NCBI GenBank assembly: GCA_965224025.1
Contig: OZ245033.1
Span: forward strand, 1,280,001-1,344,000
DNA: 64,000 bases
From: Candidatus Multivorans sp.
Lineage (GTDB): Bacteria > Acidobacteriota > Thermoanaerobaculia > Multivoradales > Multivoraceae
Direction: 5' to 3'
Part shown: positions 24,809-33,191 of the stretch, one piece after another
Layout of the letters: the number at the start of each line of letters is the position of its first letter
Position numbering within the stretch: the first letter of the stretch is position 1
Notes under the pieces: generated by a model
What the model was told of the DNA's origin: nothing
What the model saw: the letters and a program-made list of their open reading frames with translations, nothing else
The model's database searches: none
Translations under genes and position numbers: made by a program

Positions 24809-25840
24809 ATGAGGACAGGCCTGATATGCGCCATGCTGCTGCTGAGCATGGGCCGCCCGGCCGGAGCCGAGACGCTCTACAACAAGGACGGCGTGCGGCT
24901 GTCGGCGACGGCGCAGGCCATCGACCCCGGCGCCGCGGTCTGCCGCGTCCGGGAGGAGCGCCACTCCGCGGAGGAGTACGCGAGGCTCAAGCCGAACGAC
25001 GGCCAGCCCCTCGACGTCTGGCGGATCGACGTCCTGGTCGCCAACTTCTCCGGTAAGGTGCTGGACTACCTAAGCGCCAGCGTCAACGTGGACTCGGACT
25101 GGCCGCCGTGCGACCACTGGGACGGGCCGGAAGCCAGCTACGGCGAGCCGGTCACGACCGAGCCTTTGATGTCGATCCAGAGGGCGGCGGGCGTAAAGCC
25201 GGGCGAGGAGGTGCGGGAGACGGCCTTCGTGTTGGCGTACCACGACCAGGAGCCATCGATAGGCCGCTGGGACATCGACTACGACTTAGCGCCCGGGGCC
25301 GCAACCGCGACGACCGCCCCGGGCGCCGAGCGGCCCGCCGCCGCTGGCGACGCTCCGGACCCGGGAACACCCGGTCAGGGCGCGCCGGACCCGACCTGCG
25401 CCGGCAAGGAGGTCGGGGCCGAGTGTTGGATGGAAACGGAGAACCAGTCGGGGTGCTACCTCTGGAATCCGAACTTGCAGAGGGGAGAGACCGTGACCTG
25501 GACCGGTAACTGCGCCGACGGGCTGGCCAACGGCGCCGGCGAGGGGATCTGGAACTACAAGGCCGCGAAGAGAGTGGATGAAGGGCCGTACGTGGACGGC
25601 AAGAAGAACGGCCACTGGACCATCCGATGGCCCAGCAACTGGAGTGCGGAAGGGCCGTACGTGGACGGCAAGAGGAACGGCCGCTGGACCCAGCGAACGG
25701 GCGACGGGAGCGTGGAAGAAGGGCCATACGTGGACGGCGAGAAGAACGGCCGCTGGACCCAGCGAACGGGCGACGGTCTCTTGTGTACCAAGTCTTGGGT
25801 CAATGGCGAGTATCAAAGCACCAACTGCAGTGAGCGATAG
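24809..25840 (+). CDS. Secreted Cys-rich protein with MORN-like repeats
   Basis: GGAGG RBS, signal peptide, CYLWNP..TWTGNC..GLANGAG module, three 23-aa EGPYVDGK(K/R)NG.WT repeats (69-bp period at 25580, 25649, 25718). Confidence 0.8.
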   Translation: MRTGLICAMLLLSMGRPAGAETLYNKDGVRLSATAQAIDPGAAVCRVREERHSAEEYARLKPNDGQPLDVWRIDVLVANFSGKVLDYLSASVNVDSDWPPCDHWDGPEASYGEPVTTEPLMSIQRAAGVKPGEEVRETAFVLAYHDQEPSIGRWDIDYDLAPGAATATTAPGAERPAAAGDAPDPGTPGQGAPDPTCAGKEVGAECWMETENQSGCYLWNPNLQRGETVTWTGNCADGLANGAGEGIWNYKAAKRVDEGPYVDGKKNGHWTIRWPSNWSAEGPYVDGKRNGRWTQRTGDGSVEEGPYVDGEKNGRWTQRTGDGLLCTKSWVNGEYQSTNCSER

Positions 25841-26356
25841 GCCGCGCCTGTCGGGTATAGACGGGGGTGGCCGGGCACAGCTTGCCGGGGGAGGCTCGGC
25901 GCAGTCGCAGAGCGGGTCGGTGGAGTAACCTGGGCTCGAGCGGCAGTGGCGATCGCCCGGCGCAGGAACAACCCCGGCGCGGTGGTGCGCCACGCGAAGG
26001 GCCTCCCGCCTGAGGACGCCCACGGCCCGATCCGACCGAAGCCGAGAGGCAGATCAAGCAGGCCAGCCAGACCGGAACGGCAGCTCAACCCAGGCATTGG
26101 AGCAGCTCGCCGCGCAGTACGTGCCGGGAGCAGGGCGGCTCGACGCTTAGTTCGCGCTGACTGAGCGCGCAGGTCGAGACCTGTCCTGCGACTATCGCCA
26201 GCTCGCTACGGAGTACAAGCAGCTCACCGAGGACTACGGCCGCATCGTGACATCGAATCGGCGTCTGGATAGGTAGCCGGCCCGGTAGTCGACTGTGCGG
26301 GAGCTGTGCGGGAGCACGTCTCGGCGACGGACTGACACAGGCTGTGCTAAGGTTCG

Positions 26357-26548
26357 TTGAGTCTACAAACCAGCGCTGAAGCCAGCGTGCTCGTACTAGC
26401 TGGACTGGCTCTTGTTGTCGGCATTGTTGCCCTGCCAACCGACGCCTTTGCCTGCACCTGCGTGAACGACACCTACAGCCCTTGGTTCAGCATCAAGTGT
26501 GGAAGCGGTGGGGAAGTGTGGTGTCAGATCTGCACTTTCTGCTATTAG
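26357..26548 (+). CDS. Small secreted six-cysteine peptide
   Basis: Hydrophobic signal-like stretch ending AFA, then CTCVNDTYSPWFSIKCGSGGEVWCQICTFCY; TGcTAAGGT extended -10 upstream; start may be the GTG at 26387. Confidence 0.65.
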   Translation: MSLQTSAEASVLVLAGLALVVGIVALPTDAFACTCVNDTYSPWFSIKCGSGGEVWCQICTFCY

Positions 26549-26564
26549 AGTGACGCGCGCCGCC

Positions 26565-27233
26565 ATGAAAGCGGGGGCCGCGTCGTACCGGTCGTGCTCT
26601 ACGCCGCGTTGGTCGCCGACGCGGCGGCTGTGGGGGGCAGTGCTGTTTGTACTCCTGCCGTTTGCCACAGATCCCCTGGCCGCATCGACCTGCCGCCAGG
26701 TCAACACCTCGGATCTTCCCCGTCACGGTGGGCTTGACGGTGCTTGGCTGAGTTCCTCCCGGGTCGCTCTGACGGACGTCAGGGAGCACCGGTTTCTAGT
26801 TTACGAGTTCAACCGCGACACCGTTCGAGGTGTCGAGCCGAGGACGGAAGGTCACGATCCGCAACAGGTCCTGGGTCTGACTGCTGTACGTGACGGATTC
26901 GTGATGTCTGGCCTGCACCGGGATCGGTCCCGATACCGCGAGGGAGCTTCTATCCTGCGGCTCGACCCGAACCTGCAACCGGTGACCACGTACTCTTGGC
27001 CTCAAGAGTGGGGCGACAATACTCACTTCCACGGCAGAGGCTCCGGCCGACCCACAATGGCCCAGGAAGTTGAAGGCACCCAAGACGGCTTCGTTGCTTG
27101 GCTCTTCTTTACGAATCGCGACGGCATCATGCGGTTCACGTTGCCCGCCGGAGATGCGGATGCTGTAGTGACCCCAACCGGCTTTTGGCCCCAGATGCCG
27201 ACCGAGGCTCACGCAAAGGTACCGCTCTTTTCC
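26565..27233 (+). pseudogene. Secreted beta-propeller-like protein, 5' fragment (interrupted by ISL3)
   Basis: Signal peptide (..LLPFATDPLAA), beta-strand-rich repeats; frame resumes at 31605 after removing the IS and one TSD. Confidence 0.75.
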
Positions 27234-27481
27234 GCCTCTTTCGAGTTGCGAGTGGGTAGGGCGCGGGCGAGTGCAGATGCTGAGGGGGTCTTGGGATAGC
27301 GGCCTCCGCCGCCGTAGCCGCCGCCGTCGGGCTGTGGAATCTGCGGAAGACCGGTAGCGGCGAGGGCGCAAGCTGTCCGGTGGGGAGGGCGTTCGCGGCG
27401 ATTTCGGGTGGCGGCTGTAGTCGCGGGCGATCGGAATGAGCAAGACTCGTCTCTCCTGTTCCGACTGAAGGAGGACGAGAG

Positions 27482-28146
27482 ATGCAGAGGGAATTGTTCG
27501 CGAGAGCGCTGGGCGTGTCGGCGCCGTGGTTCGTTGACGGCGTGGACTTCTGTGAGAGGGAGCGTCGGTTGACGATACGGATCGACTTCAGGAAGGGCAG
27601 CCGATTCGCCCACGAGGGGGACGGCGGTTCTCATCCGGTGCACGACACGCAGATCAAGCGCTATCGGCACCTCAACTTCTTCCAGCACGAGTGCCTGCTC
27701 GAGGCGCGAGTGCCCCGTGTGCGACTCCCCGACCAGCGGGTGGCGTTGGTGACTCCGCCCTGGTCGGGCAGATTGTCCGGCTTCACGCTGCTGTTCGAAG
27801 CCTTGATTCTGGCCATGTGCCGAGACATGACCTTCGCTGCGGTGGCCCGGTTGACCGGGGTGTCGTGGCATCGGGTGCACGCGATCTGCAAGCGCTACGT
27901 CGAGCTGGCGGTCGACCGGGACGACCTCTCCGAACTGCGCCACGTGGCCATTGACGAGACTTCCCGCGCCAAGGGGCACGACTACGTGACCGCGGTCGCC
28001 GACAGCGAGCGCCGGCGCGTGGTGTTCCTCGCCGAGGGACGCAAGTCCGGCACGATCGAGGAGTTCGCCGACGATCTGCAAAGGCGCGGCGGCGATCCCG
28101 CCGCGATCAGCCGGGCGTCCATCGACATGTCGGCCGCCTTCCTCAA
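27482..28146 (+). pseudogene. ISL3 transposase, 5' part
   Basis: RHLNFFQHEC, GFTLLFEA, AIDETS, SIDMS; joins 31012-31573 in frame (AFLK/GVAE) to give 408 aa. Confidence 0.93.
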
Positions 28147-28178
28147 GGGGATTATATCCGTAGGTTGACAGAAACCGA

Positions 28179-28313
28179 TCACGCCTCGGCCTTCTTGGTG
28201 GCCTTGACCGGCTTCGCCCGGTCCTTCATCAGCAGCCAGTGCGCCACCTGCTTCGGAGTCGCGCCGTTGTAGTTGGCCTTCAATCCCTTGCGGCGAGGCT
28301 TCTTGATCTTCAT
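28179..28313 (-). CDS. Small basic protein (44 aa) inside IS1595
   Basis: MKIKKPRRKGLKANYNGATPKQVAHWLLMKDRAKPVKATKKAEA; GC3-rich codons, AGGTGAG upstream; below the ORF-track cut-off. Confidence 0.6.
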   Translation of the reverse strand: MKIKKPRRKGLKANYNGATPKQVAHWLLMKDRAKPVKATKKAEA

Positions 28314-28356
28314 AACAGCGCCGCTCACCTAGGCCCGCCGTAGATGGAATGCTCCC

Positions 28357-29943
28357 TCAGAACAGTTCCTGCTGCGCCATCGGCTTGCCGCTGTACGGAT
28401 CGTTCATCGTCGGCAAGCGTGGCAGTCTCCCGTCGAAGTACTCGCTGATCGGCCATAGCTGCATTCTCCTGTAGGGCTGACCGGACACGCTGATCGTGCC
28501 AGCCTCTGCCGCTTCCGCCCGCGCTGCACGCGAGCCGACTGGTTCCAGTGTGACGAAGCAGCCGAGAGCCGCTTCGTCGCGGTCTGTGACATGGCGGAAG
28601 TCCCGCAACGCTCCGAGATGGAATCCACCGCCCTTGATCTGCGCCAGCGCGAGACGGGAATCGTAGTCGTCCGGCTGAGCGGCGATCACGGCGCGACCGT
28701 CCACGCCGCCGTCCGCAACCTGCTTCATGTTCGGCGCGAAACCGGGGAGCCGCGTCACCGCCCACGATTCAAAGCTGAACGGCTGCTCGGTTGCCAGCTT
28801 GCGCGCCGATGCGAGATCGACCGGGATCCCCTTCGTCGGGATCGTCCGGTTCTTCAGCCGCTTCTCACGGATCAGGTCGATAGCGAATGACGAAATGTCG
28901 ATCCCGGCCCACTGTCGGCCGAGACGCTGCGCCGCTTCAATGGTCGTACCGCAACCGCAGAACGGATCGAGAATCAGGTCGTCAGGGTTACTGCTCGCTT
29001 CGATGATCCGCTCCAGCAACGCGCGGGGCTTCTGGGTCGGGTAACCCATCCGTTCCTTCGCCTGGGCGCCGATCGGCCCTATGTCCGTCCATAGGTCCTG
29101 CAACGGCCGGCCCTTGGCCTCGTCCAAATAGCGCTTGTAGGCCGGGACGCGGCCCGGCGCTGTTTGTACAACCCGTCCTTCGTCGATCATCCGCTGCATC
29201 CGCTCGCGGGAGTAGGCCCAATAGCGCGTTACGCCCAGTACCTCGTACTGCGGGTTGCCCTTCGCTGCACCGCCGCGCCCAGTCATATCGCTGAGTCGAT
29301 AGCGCCGTCCAGTGTCTTCTTCGACATAGCGGTAGAAACCGTCGACGTATTGGTCATCGTATGGCGTGTACAGCGGATTCCAAGCCCAACCGTCGCCCCT
29401 CGAGTAGTAGAGGACGCGATCCAGTACACGTCCAAATTGTCGTCTTCCCTGCGCGCCGTCGTTGTGGCTGCTGGTTCGCTTCCATCCGATTTCGGATCGG
29501 AAATTCGGCACACCGAAGATCGCGTCCATGACGATTTTGAGATAGTGGCTCGCGGTCGGGTCACAGTGCAAGTAGATCGAACCTGTTGGCTTGAGGAGCC
29601 GGTGCATGTGCTCCAAGCGCTCCGCCATGTAGGTCAGGTAGGCGAGCATCCCGGACGGGCCGATGGCGTGCCGTAGGCCCACTATCGCGTCGTGGGCGCG
29701 TCGTGCGGGCGCACCCTCGTAGGCCGCGTAGCGGTCCGCCGCGGCTTCGTCCCACGCCCATGTGTCGCTGAACGCCCGGTACTGCGCGTCAGCGCCGCCG
29801 CGAGCCGAGTAGAGGATGTTGTAGTCGGCCTTCGAGTTGAATGGCGGATCGAGGTAAATCAGGTCTACGGACTGATCGTCCCATCGCTGCATCCAGTCGA
29901 GGCAGTCACCGTAGTACAGCGTGCCCGCGTCCGGTGGGTTCAT
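28357..29943 (-). CDS. Beta-class N6-A/N4-C DNA methyltransferase fused to an Mrr-like endonuclease domain
   Basis: LIYLDPPF (motif IV) before LDPFCGCGTT (motif I), YPTQKP; C-terminal FESWAV..ADGGVDG..AQIK; ATGA overlap with the transposase stop. Confidence 0.88.
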   Translation of the reverse strand: MNPPDAGTLYYGDCLDWMQRWDDQSVDLIYLDPPFNSKADYNILYSARGGADAQYRAFSDTWAWDEAAADRYAAYEGAPARRAHDAIVGLRHAIGPSGMLAYLTYMAERLEHMHRLLKPTGSIYLHCDPTASHYLKIVMDAIFGVPNFRSEIGWKRTSSHNDGAQGRRQFGRVLDRVLYYSRGDGWAWNPLYTPYDDQYVDGFYRYVEEDTGRRYRLSDMTGRGGAAKGNPQYEVLGVTRYWAYSRERMQRMIDEGRVVQTAPGRVPAYKRYLDEAKGRPLQDLWTDIGPIGAQAKERMGYPTQKPRALLERIIEASSNPDDLILDPFCGCGTTIEAAQRLGRQWAGIDISSFAIDLIREKRLKNRTIPTKGIPVDLASARKLATEQPFSFESWAVTRLPGFAPNMKQVADGGVDGRAVIAAQPDDYDSRLALAQIKGGGFHLGALRDFRHVTDRDEAALGCFVTLEPVGSRAARAEAAEAGTISVSGQPYRRMQLWPISEYFDGRLPRLPTMNDPYSGKPMAQQELF

Positions 29944-30926
29944 GCCGAGCGAGCGCCGGACGGCAGGCCGTTGTCGGCGATCAGGTCACGGTACTGGAGC
30001 CGCTTGCCCGCCAGCCCCTCGGTGACGGACGCCATTTGCGCCAGCGTGTCGAGATCGCGGAAGTTGTGACGGCCCGCGAACTGGTTGACGTAGCGCTGTA
30101 GATGCTTCGGTGAGAGCTTGTGGTACACGCCCTTGTGGGCGCGCTTGAGCATCGACCAGAAGCTCTCGATCGAGTTCGTGTGAACCTTGCCCGCAACGTA
30201 CTCGCCGACCGAGTGCTTGACGGTGCCGCGCTCGTACTCGGTCAAACCGCTGTACGCCCCCGTATCGTCCGTGTAGACCGTTGCGCCGGGTTCGACGTGC
30301 TCACGGACGAACGCTTGCAGGGTCTCGCCGTCGGTCGAACGGACGACACGCGCCGCCACCATGCCGGTCTCGCGGTCCTTGACGCCCACCACCGCTGTCT
30401 TGCCGACAGAGCCACGGCCTTCGAGGGTCTTGCGCTTCTTCGCGTGCATATTCTTCCGCAGACCGCCGAAGTACGCCTCATCGGCTTCTGCCGGTCCCTC
30501 GAAGCGCACGGTCGGCCCCGAGTCGCTGAACTCGCGGATGCGCTGGAGCATGAACCACGCGGTCTTCTGAGTGACGCCCAGGTCACGGTGGATCTTCATC
30601 GACGACACGCCCTTGAGGCTCGTTGTGTCGAGGTAGATCGCGTACAGCCACTTGAGCAGAGGCAGCTTCGACCGCGCCATCACGGTGCCGGTCTTCACCG
30701 AGAAGTACCGCTTGCAGTCGCGGCAGCGGTACGGCATCTTCGCGTGGCTGCACTCGTGGTTGTTGTCGGTGCCGCAGTGCGGGCAGTAGCGCTCGCCGTC
30801 CGGCCAGACGATCGCCTCGAACCACTGCCGCGCCGCTTCCTCATCGGGGAACATCCGCTGCAAGTCGAACAGCGTGATGCCCTTCCGGTGAGCCTTGCCG
30901 GGTGCCTTGAGTTCTGTGTCGTTCAT
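29940..30926 (-). CDS. IS1595-family (ISXO2-like) transposase
   Basis: CPHCG..CRDC zinc ribbon, EADEAYFGG, VYTDD, HTNSIESFWS, KHLQRYVNQF. Confidence 0.95.
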   Translation of the reverse strand: MNDTELKAPGKAHRKGITLFDLQRMFPDEEAARQWFEAIVWPDGERYCPHCGTDNNHECSHAKMPYRCRDCKRYFSVKTGTVMARSKLPLLKWLYAIYLDTTSLKGVSSMKIHRDLGVTQKTAWFMLQRIREFSDSGPTVRFEGPAEADEAYFGGLRKNMHAKKRKTLEGRGSVGKTAVVGVKDRETGMVAARVVRSTDGETLQAFVREHVEPGATVYTDDTGAYSGLTEYERGTVKHSVGEYVAGKVHTNSIESFWSMLKRAHKGVYHKLSPKHLQRYVNQFAGRHNFRDLDTLAQMASVTEGLAGKRLQYRDLIADNGLPSGARSA

Positions 30927-31011
30927 CGCTTCTCCCTCCGTCAACCGTGAGGTATACCCTACCGGACGGAGAGCCAGTTTGTCAACCTAGAGATATAATC
31001 CCCTTCCTCAA

Positions 31012-31573
31012 GGGCGTCGCCGAGAATCTCCCCAACGCCGAGGTGACCCTCGACAAGTTCCACGTCATGGCCCTGGCCTCGAAGGCGGTGGACGAGACCC
31101 GGCGCCTCGAACAGCGCCTCGATCCGTCGCTGAAGGGCCTGCGCTGGACGCTGCTCAAGAACCGCGACTCCCTGACGCCGGCCCAACGGGCCGACCTCGA
31201 CCGCTTCGTCAAGAGGGTCGCCAGCCGACGCACCGCACGCGCCTGGCTCTATCGGGAGCAACTCCGCGAAATTCTCAACCGCAAGCAGATCAACGTCGTG
31301 CTGCGAATGCTCCATCAGTGGTGCACCAACGTGAACCGCTCCAAGGTCGAACCCATGAAGGCCGTCGCCCGCACCATCCGAAAGCACCTGCAAGCGATCG
31401 CTGCCTGGGCGCGAACCCGGCAGACCAACGGCTTCCTCGAAGCCCTCAACGGACTCTTCCAGTCCGCCAAACGCAAGGCCAGAGGCTACAAGCGATTCGA
31501 CACCATACGCATCGCCTTCTTCCTCATCGCCGGCAAACTCGACTTCCACACGCTCAACCCGCACACCGCTTGA
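31012..31573 (+). pseudogene. ISL3 transposase, 3' part
   Basis: LDKFHV, TNGFLEALNGLFQSAKRKARGY. Confidence 0.93.
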
Positions 31574-31604
31574 CCCACTCGCAATTCAAAAGATCCTCTT
31601 TTCC

Positions 31605-32051
31605 TCGTGCTTGGCGGCGATGGTCGGCGAGAATGCGGCCGCCTACGCATTGCGCGTGGATGAAGGGCCCTTCATCCAGCGTCTAGTGGGCCGTGGCGAA
31701 CGCCTGAAGGTCTTTCCCGACTGGCCCGGGCCCCTGCCGGACCTTCCCCCTGTAAGTGAGATGGAACACTACCCTGCATGGTGGAAGGCAGTTGAGAACG
31801 CGAGCTTCCCGGCCAGTCTCTATGCTGAGGGGCCGCACCTCTACCTGATGATGCGGTTGGCAGCGACGGACGGATCGGAATGGGAACTACACGCTATCGA
31901 CCCGGTGGCGGAGTCTTTGCTGCATAGCGTTCGGCTACCAACGCGGGCCGCGAACGTATCCCTCGTGCCCGGGCCCAAGTACTGGGCGCTCCTCGAAGGG
32001 TCGAGCTACTTCGAGGACGAAATGCGAAAACCGAAGCGCTTGCTGATCCTA
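31605..32051 (+). pseudogene. Middle fragment of the interrupted secreted protein
   Basis: In frame with 26565-27233 after ISL3 removal (PLFS/SCLAAMV); cut by IS630 at CTAG 32049-32052. Confidence 0.75.
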
Positions 32052-33188
32052 GTGTAGTGTCTCCGACATGGGTTGACAGTTTCGGTTAAGTTCGTCAGTA
32101 TTCCGTTCATGTGGGAACCAGCGGAACGACTTGACATCGAAGAGAGCGATCGAGCGCTTCTCAAGAAATGGGTAGAGGCGCCGACGACGCCACAACGCAC
32201 GGTCCGGCGTAGCCGGATCGTGCTCGCTGCGGCGGAGGGCACGGCCAATCGGGCGATCGCGGCGAAACTCGGAGTTTCGCGGCCCACGGTGCTGCTGTGG
32301 CGTCGTCGGTTCGCGGAGGACGGGCCTTCGGGGCTGACCAGGGATCGTCCCCGCGGTTGCGGAAAGCCGCCGCTCTCGGAGTCGGTCGTGCGTAAAGTGA
32401 TCGAAGCGACGCTGCACGAGAAGCCGCCCGGTCAGACCCACTGGAGCGTGCGTTCGATGGCTCGGGCCCAGGGCATCAGTCCGGCGGCGGTCCAGCGCAT
32501 CTGGGCGGCGCACGGGCTGAAGCCCCATCTGGTCAGGACGTTCAAGCTGAGTAACGACCCCAGGTTCGTGGAAAAGCTGCGGGACGTTGTGGGCCTGTAC
32601 CGGAATCCGCCCGAGAATGCGCTTGTGCCGTGCGTGGACGAGAAGAGCCAGATCCAGGCTCTGGACCGGACCCAGCCAGGTTTGCCGCTCAAGCGCGGCC
32701 GCGCGGGAACGATGACCCACGACTACAAGCGCAACGGGACGACGACGTTGTTCGCTGCGCTGAACGTGTTGGAGGGCACGGTGATCGCGGAGTGCATGGG
32801 CCGGCAGCGCCACCAGGAGTTTCTCCGTTTCCTCAAGCGTCTCGACCGTGAGATCCCAAAGCACCTCGACCTGCACCTGATCCTGGACAACTACCAGACC
32901 CACAAACACGCCGCCGTGCGCGCATGGCTGGAGCGAAAGCCTCGCTTCCACTTCCATTTCATTCCCACTTCGTCGCCCTGGCTTAACCTGGTCGAACGCT
33001 GGCTGGGCGGTCTGACCACGAAGGCGATCCGGCGCGGTGCATTCCAGAGCGTCAACGACCTCGTAAAGACCATCTACGACTATGTGGACCACAGCAACGA
33101 AAACTCCCGGCCGTTCGTCTGGACGGCCACCGCCGACAGCATCGTCGCAAAGGTTACACGTGGTAAAGCCATGTTGGAGACACTACAC
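32052..33188 (+). mobile_element. IS630-family element
   Basis: IRs GTGTAGTGTCTCC.ACATGG / CCATGT.GGAGACACTACAC; TA duplication (32050-32051, 33189-33190) in a CTAG target. Confidence 0.95.
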
Positions 33189-33191
33189 TAG
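32109..33191 (+). CDS. IS630 transposase
   Basis: HTH N-terminus, CVDEKSQIQAL, HDYKRNGT, LILDNY, WLNLVERW DDE motifs. Confidence 0.93.
   Translation: MWEPAERLDIEESDRALLKKWVEAPTTPQRTVRRSRIVLAAAEGTANRAIAAKLGVSRPTVLLWRRRFAEDGPSGLTRDRPRGCGKPPLSESVVRKVIEATLHEKPPGQTHWSVRSMARAQGISPAAVQRIWAAHGLKPHLVRTFKLSNDPRFVEKLRDVVGLYRNPPENALVPCVDEKSQIQALDRTQPGLPLKRGRAGTMTHDYKRNGTTTLFAALNVLEGTVIAECMGRQRHQEFLRFLKRLDREIPKHLDLHLILDNYQTHKHAAVRAWLERKPRFHFHFIPTSSPWLNLVERWLGGLTTKAIRRGAFQSVNDLVKTIYDYVDHSNENSRPFVWTATADSIVAKVTRGKAMLETLH

Larger units (their letters stand above)
28147..31003 (-). mobile_element. IS1595-family transposon with passenger genes (2857 bp)
   Basis: 24-bp IRs GGGGATTATATC..TAGGTTGACA (2 mismatches); 8-bp TSD TTCCTCAA at 28139-28146 and 31004-31011. 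Confidence 0.95.
27234..31596 (+). mobile_element. ISL3-family element (about 1.5 kb net) interrupted by IS1595
   Basis: 24-bp imperfect IRs GCCTCTTTCGAGTTGCGAGTGGGT / ACCCACTCGCAATTCAAAAGATCC; 8-bp TSD TCTTTTCC at 27226-27233 and 31597-31604. Confidence 0.95.

Noticed and set aside
25580-25780. DGR template/variable repeat pair
   Set aside because: In-frame tandem coding repeats, differences not confined to adenines, and no reverse transcriptase in the window.
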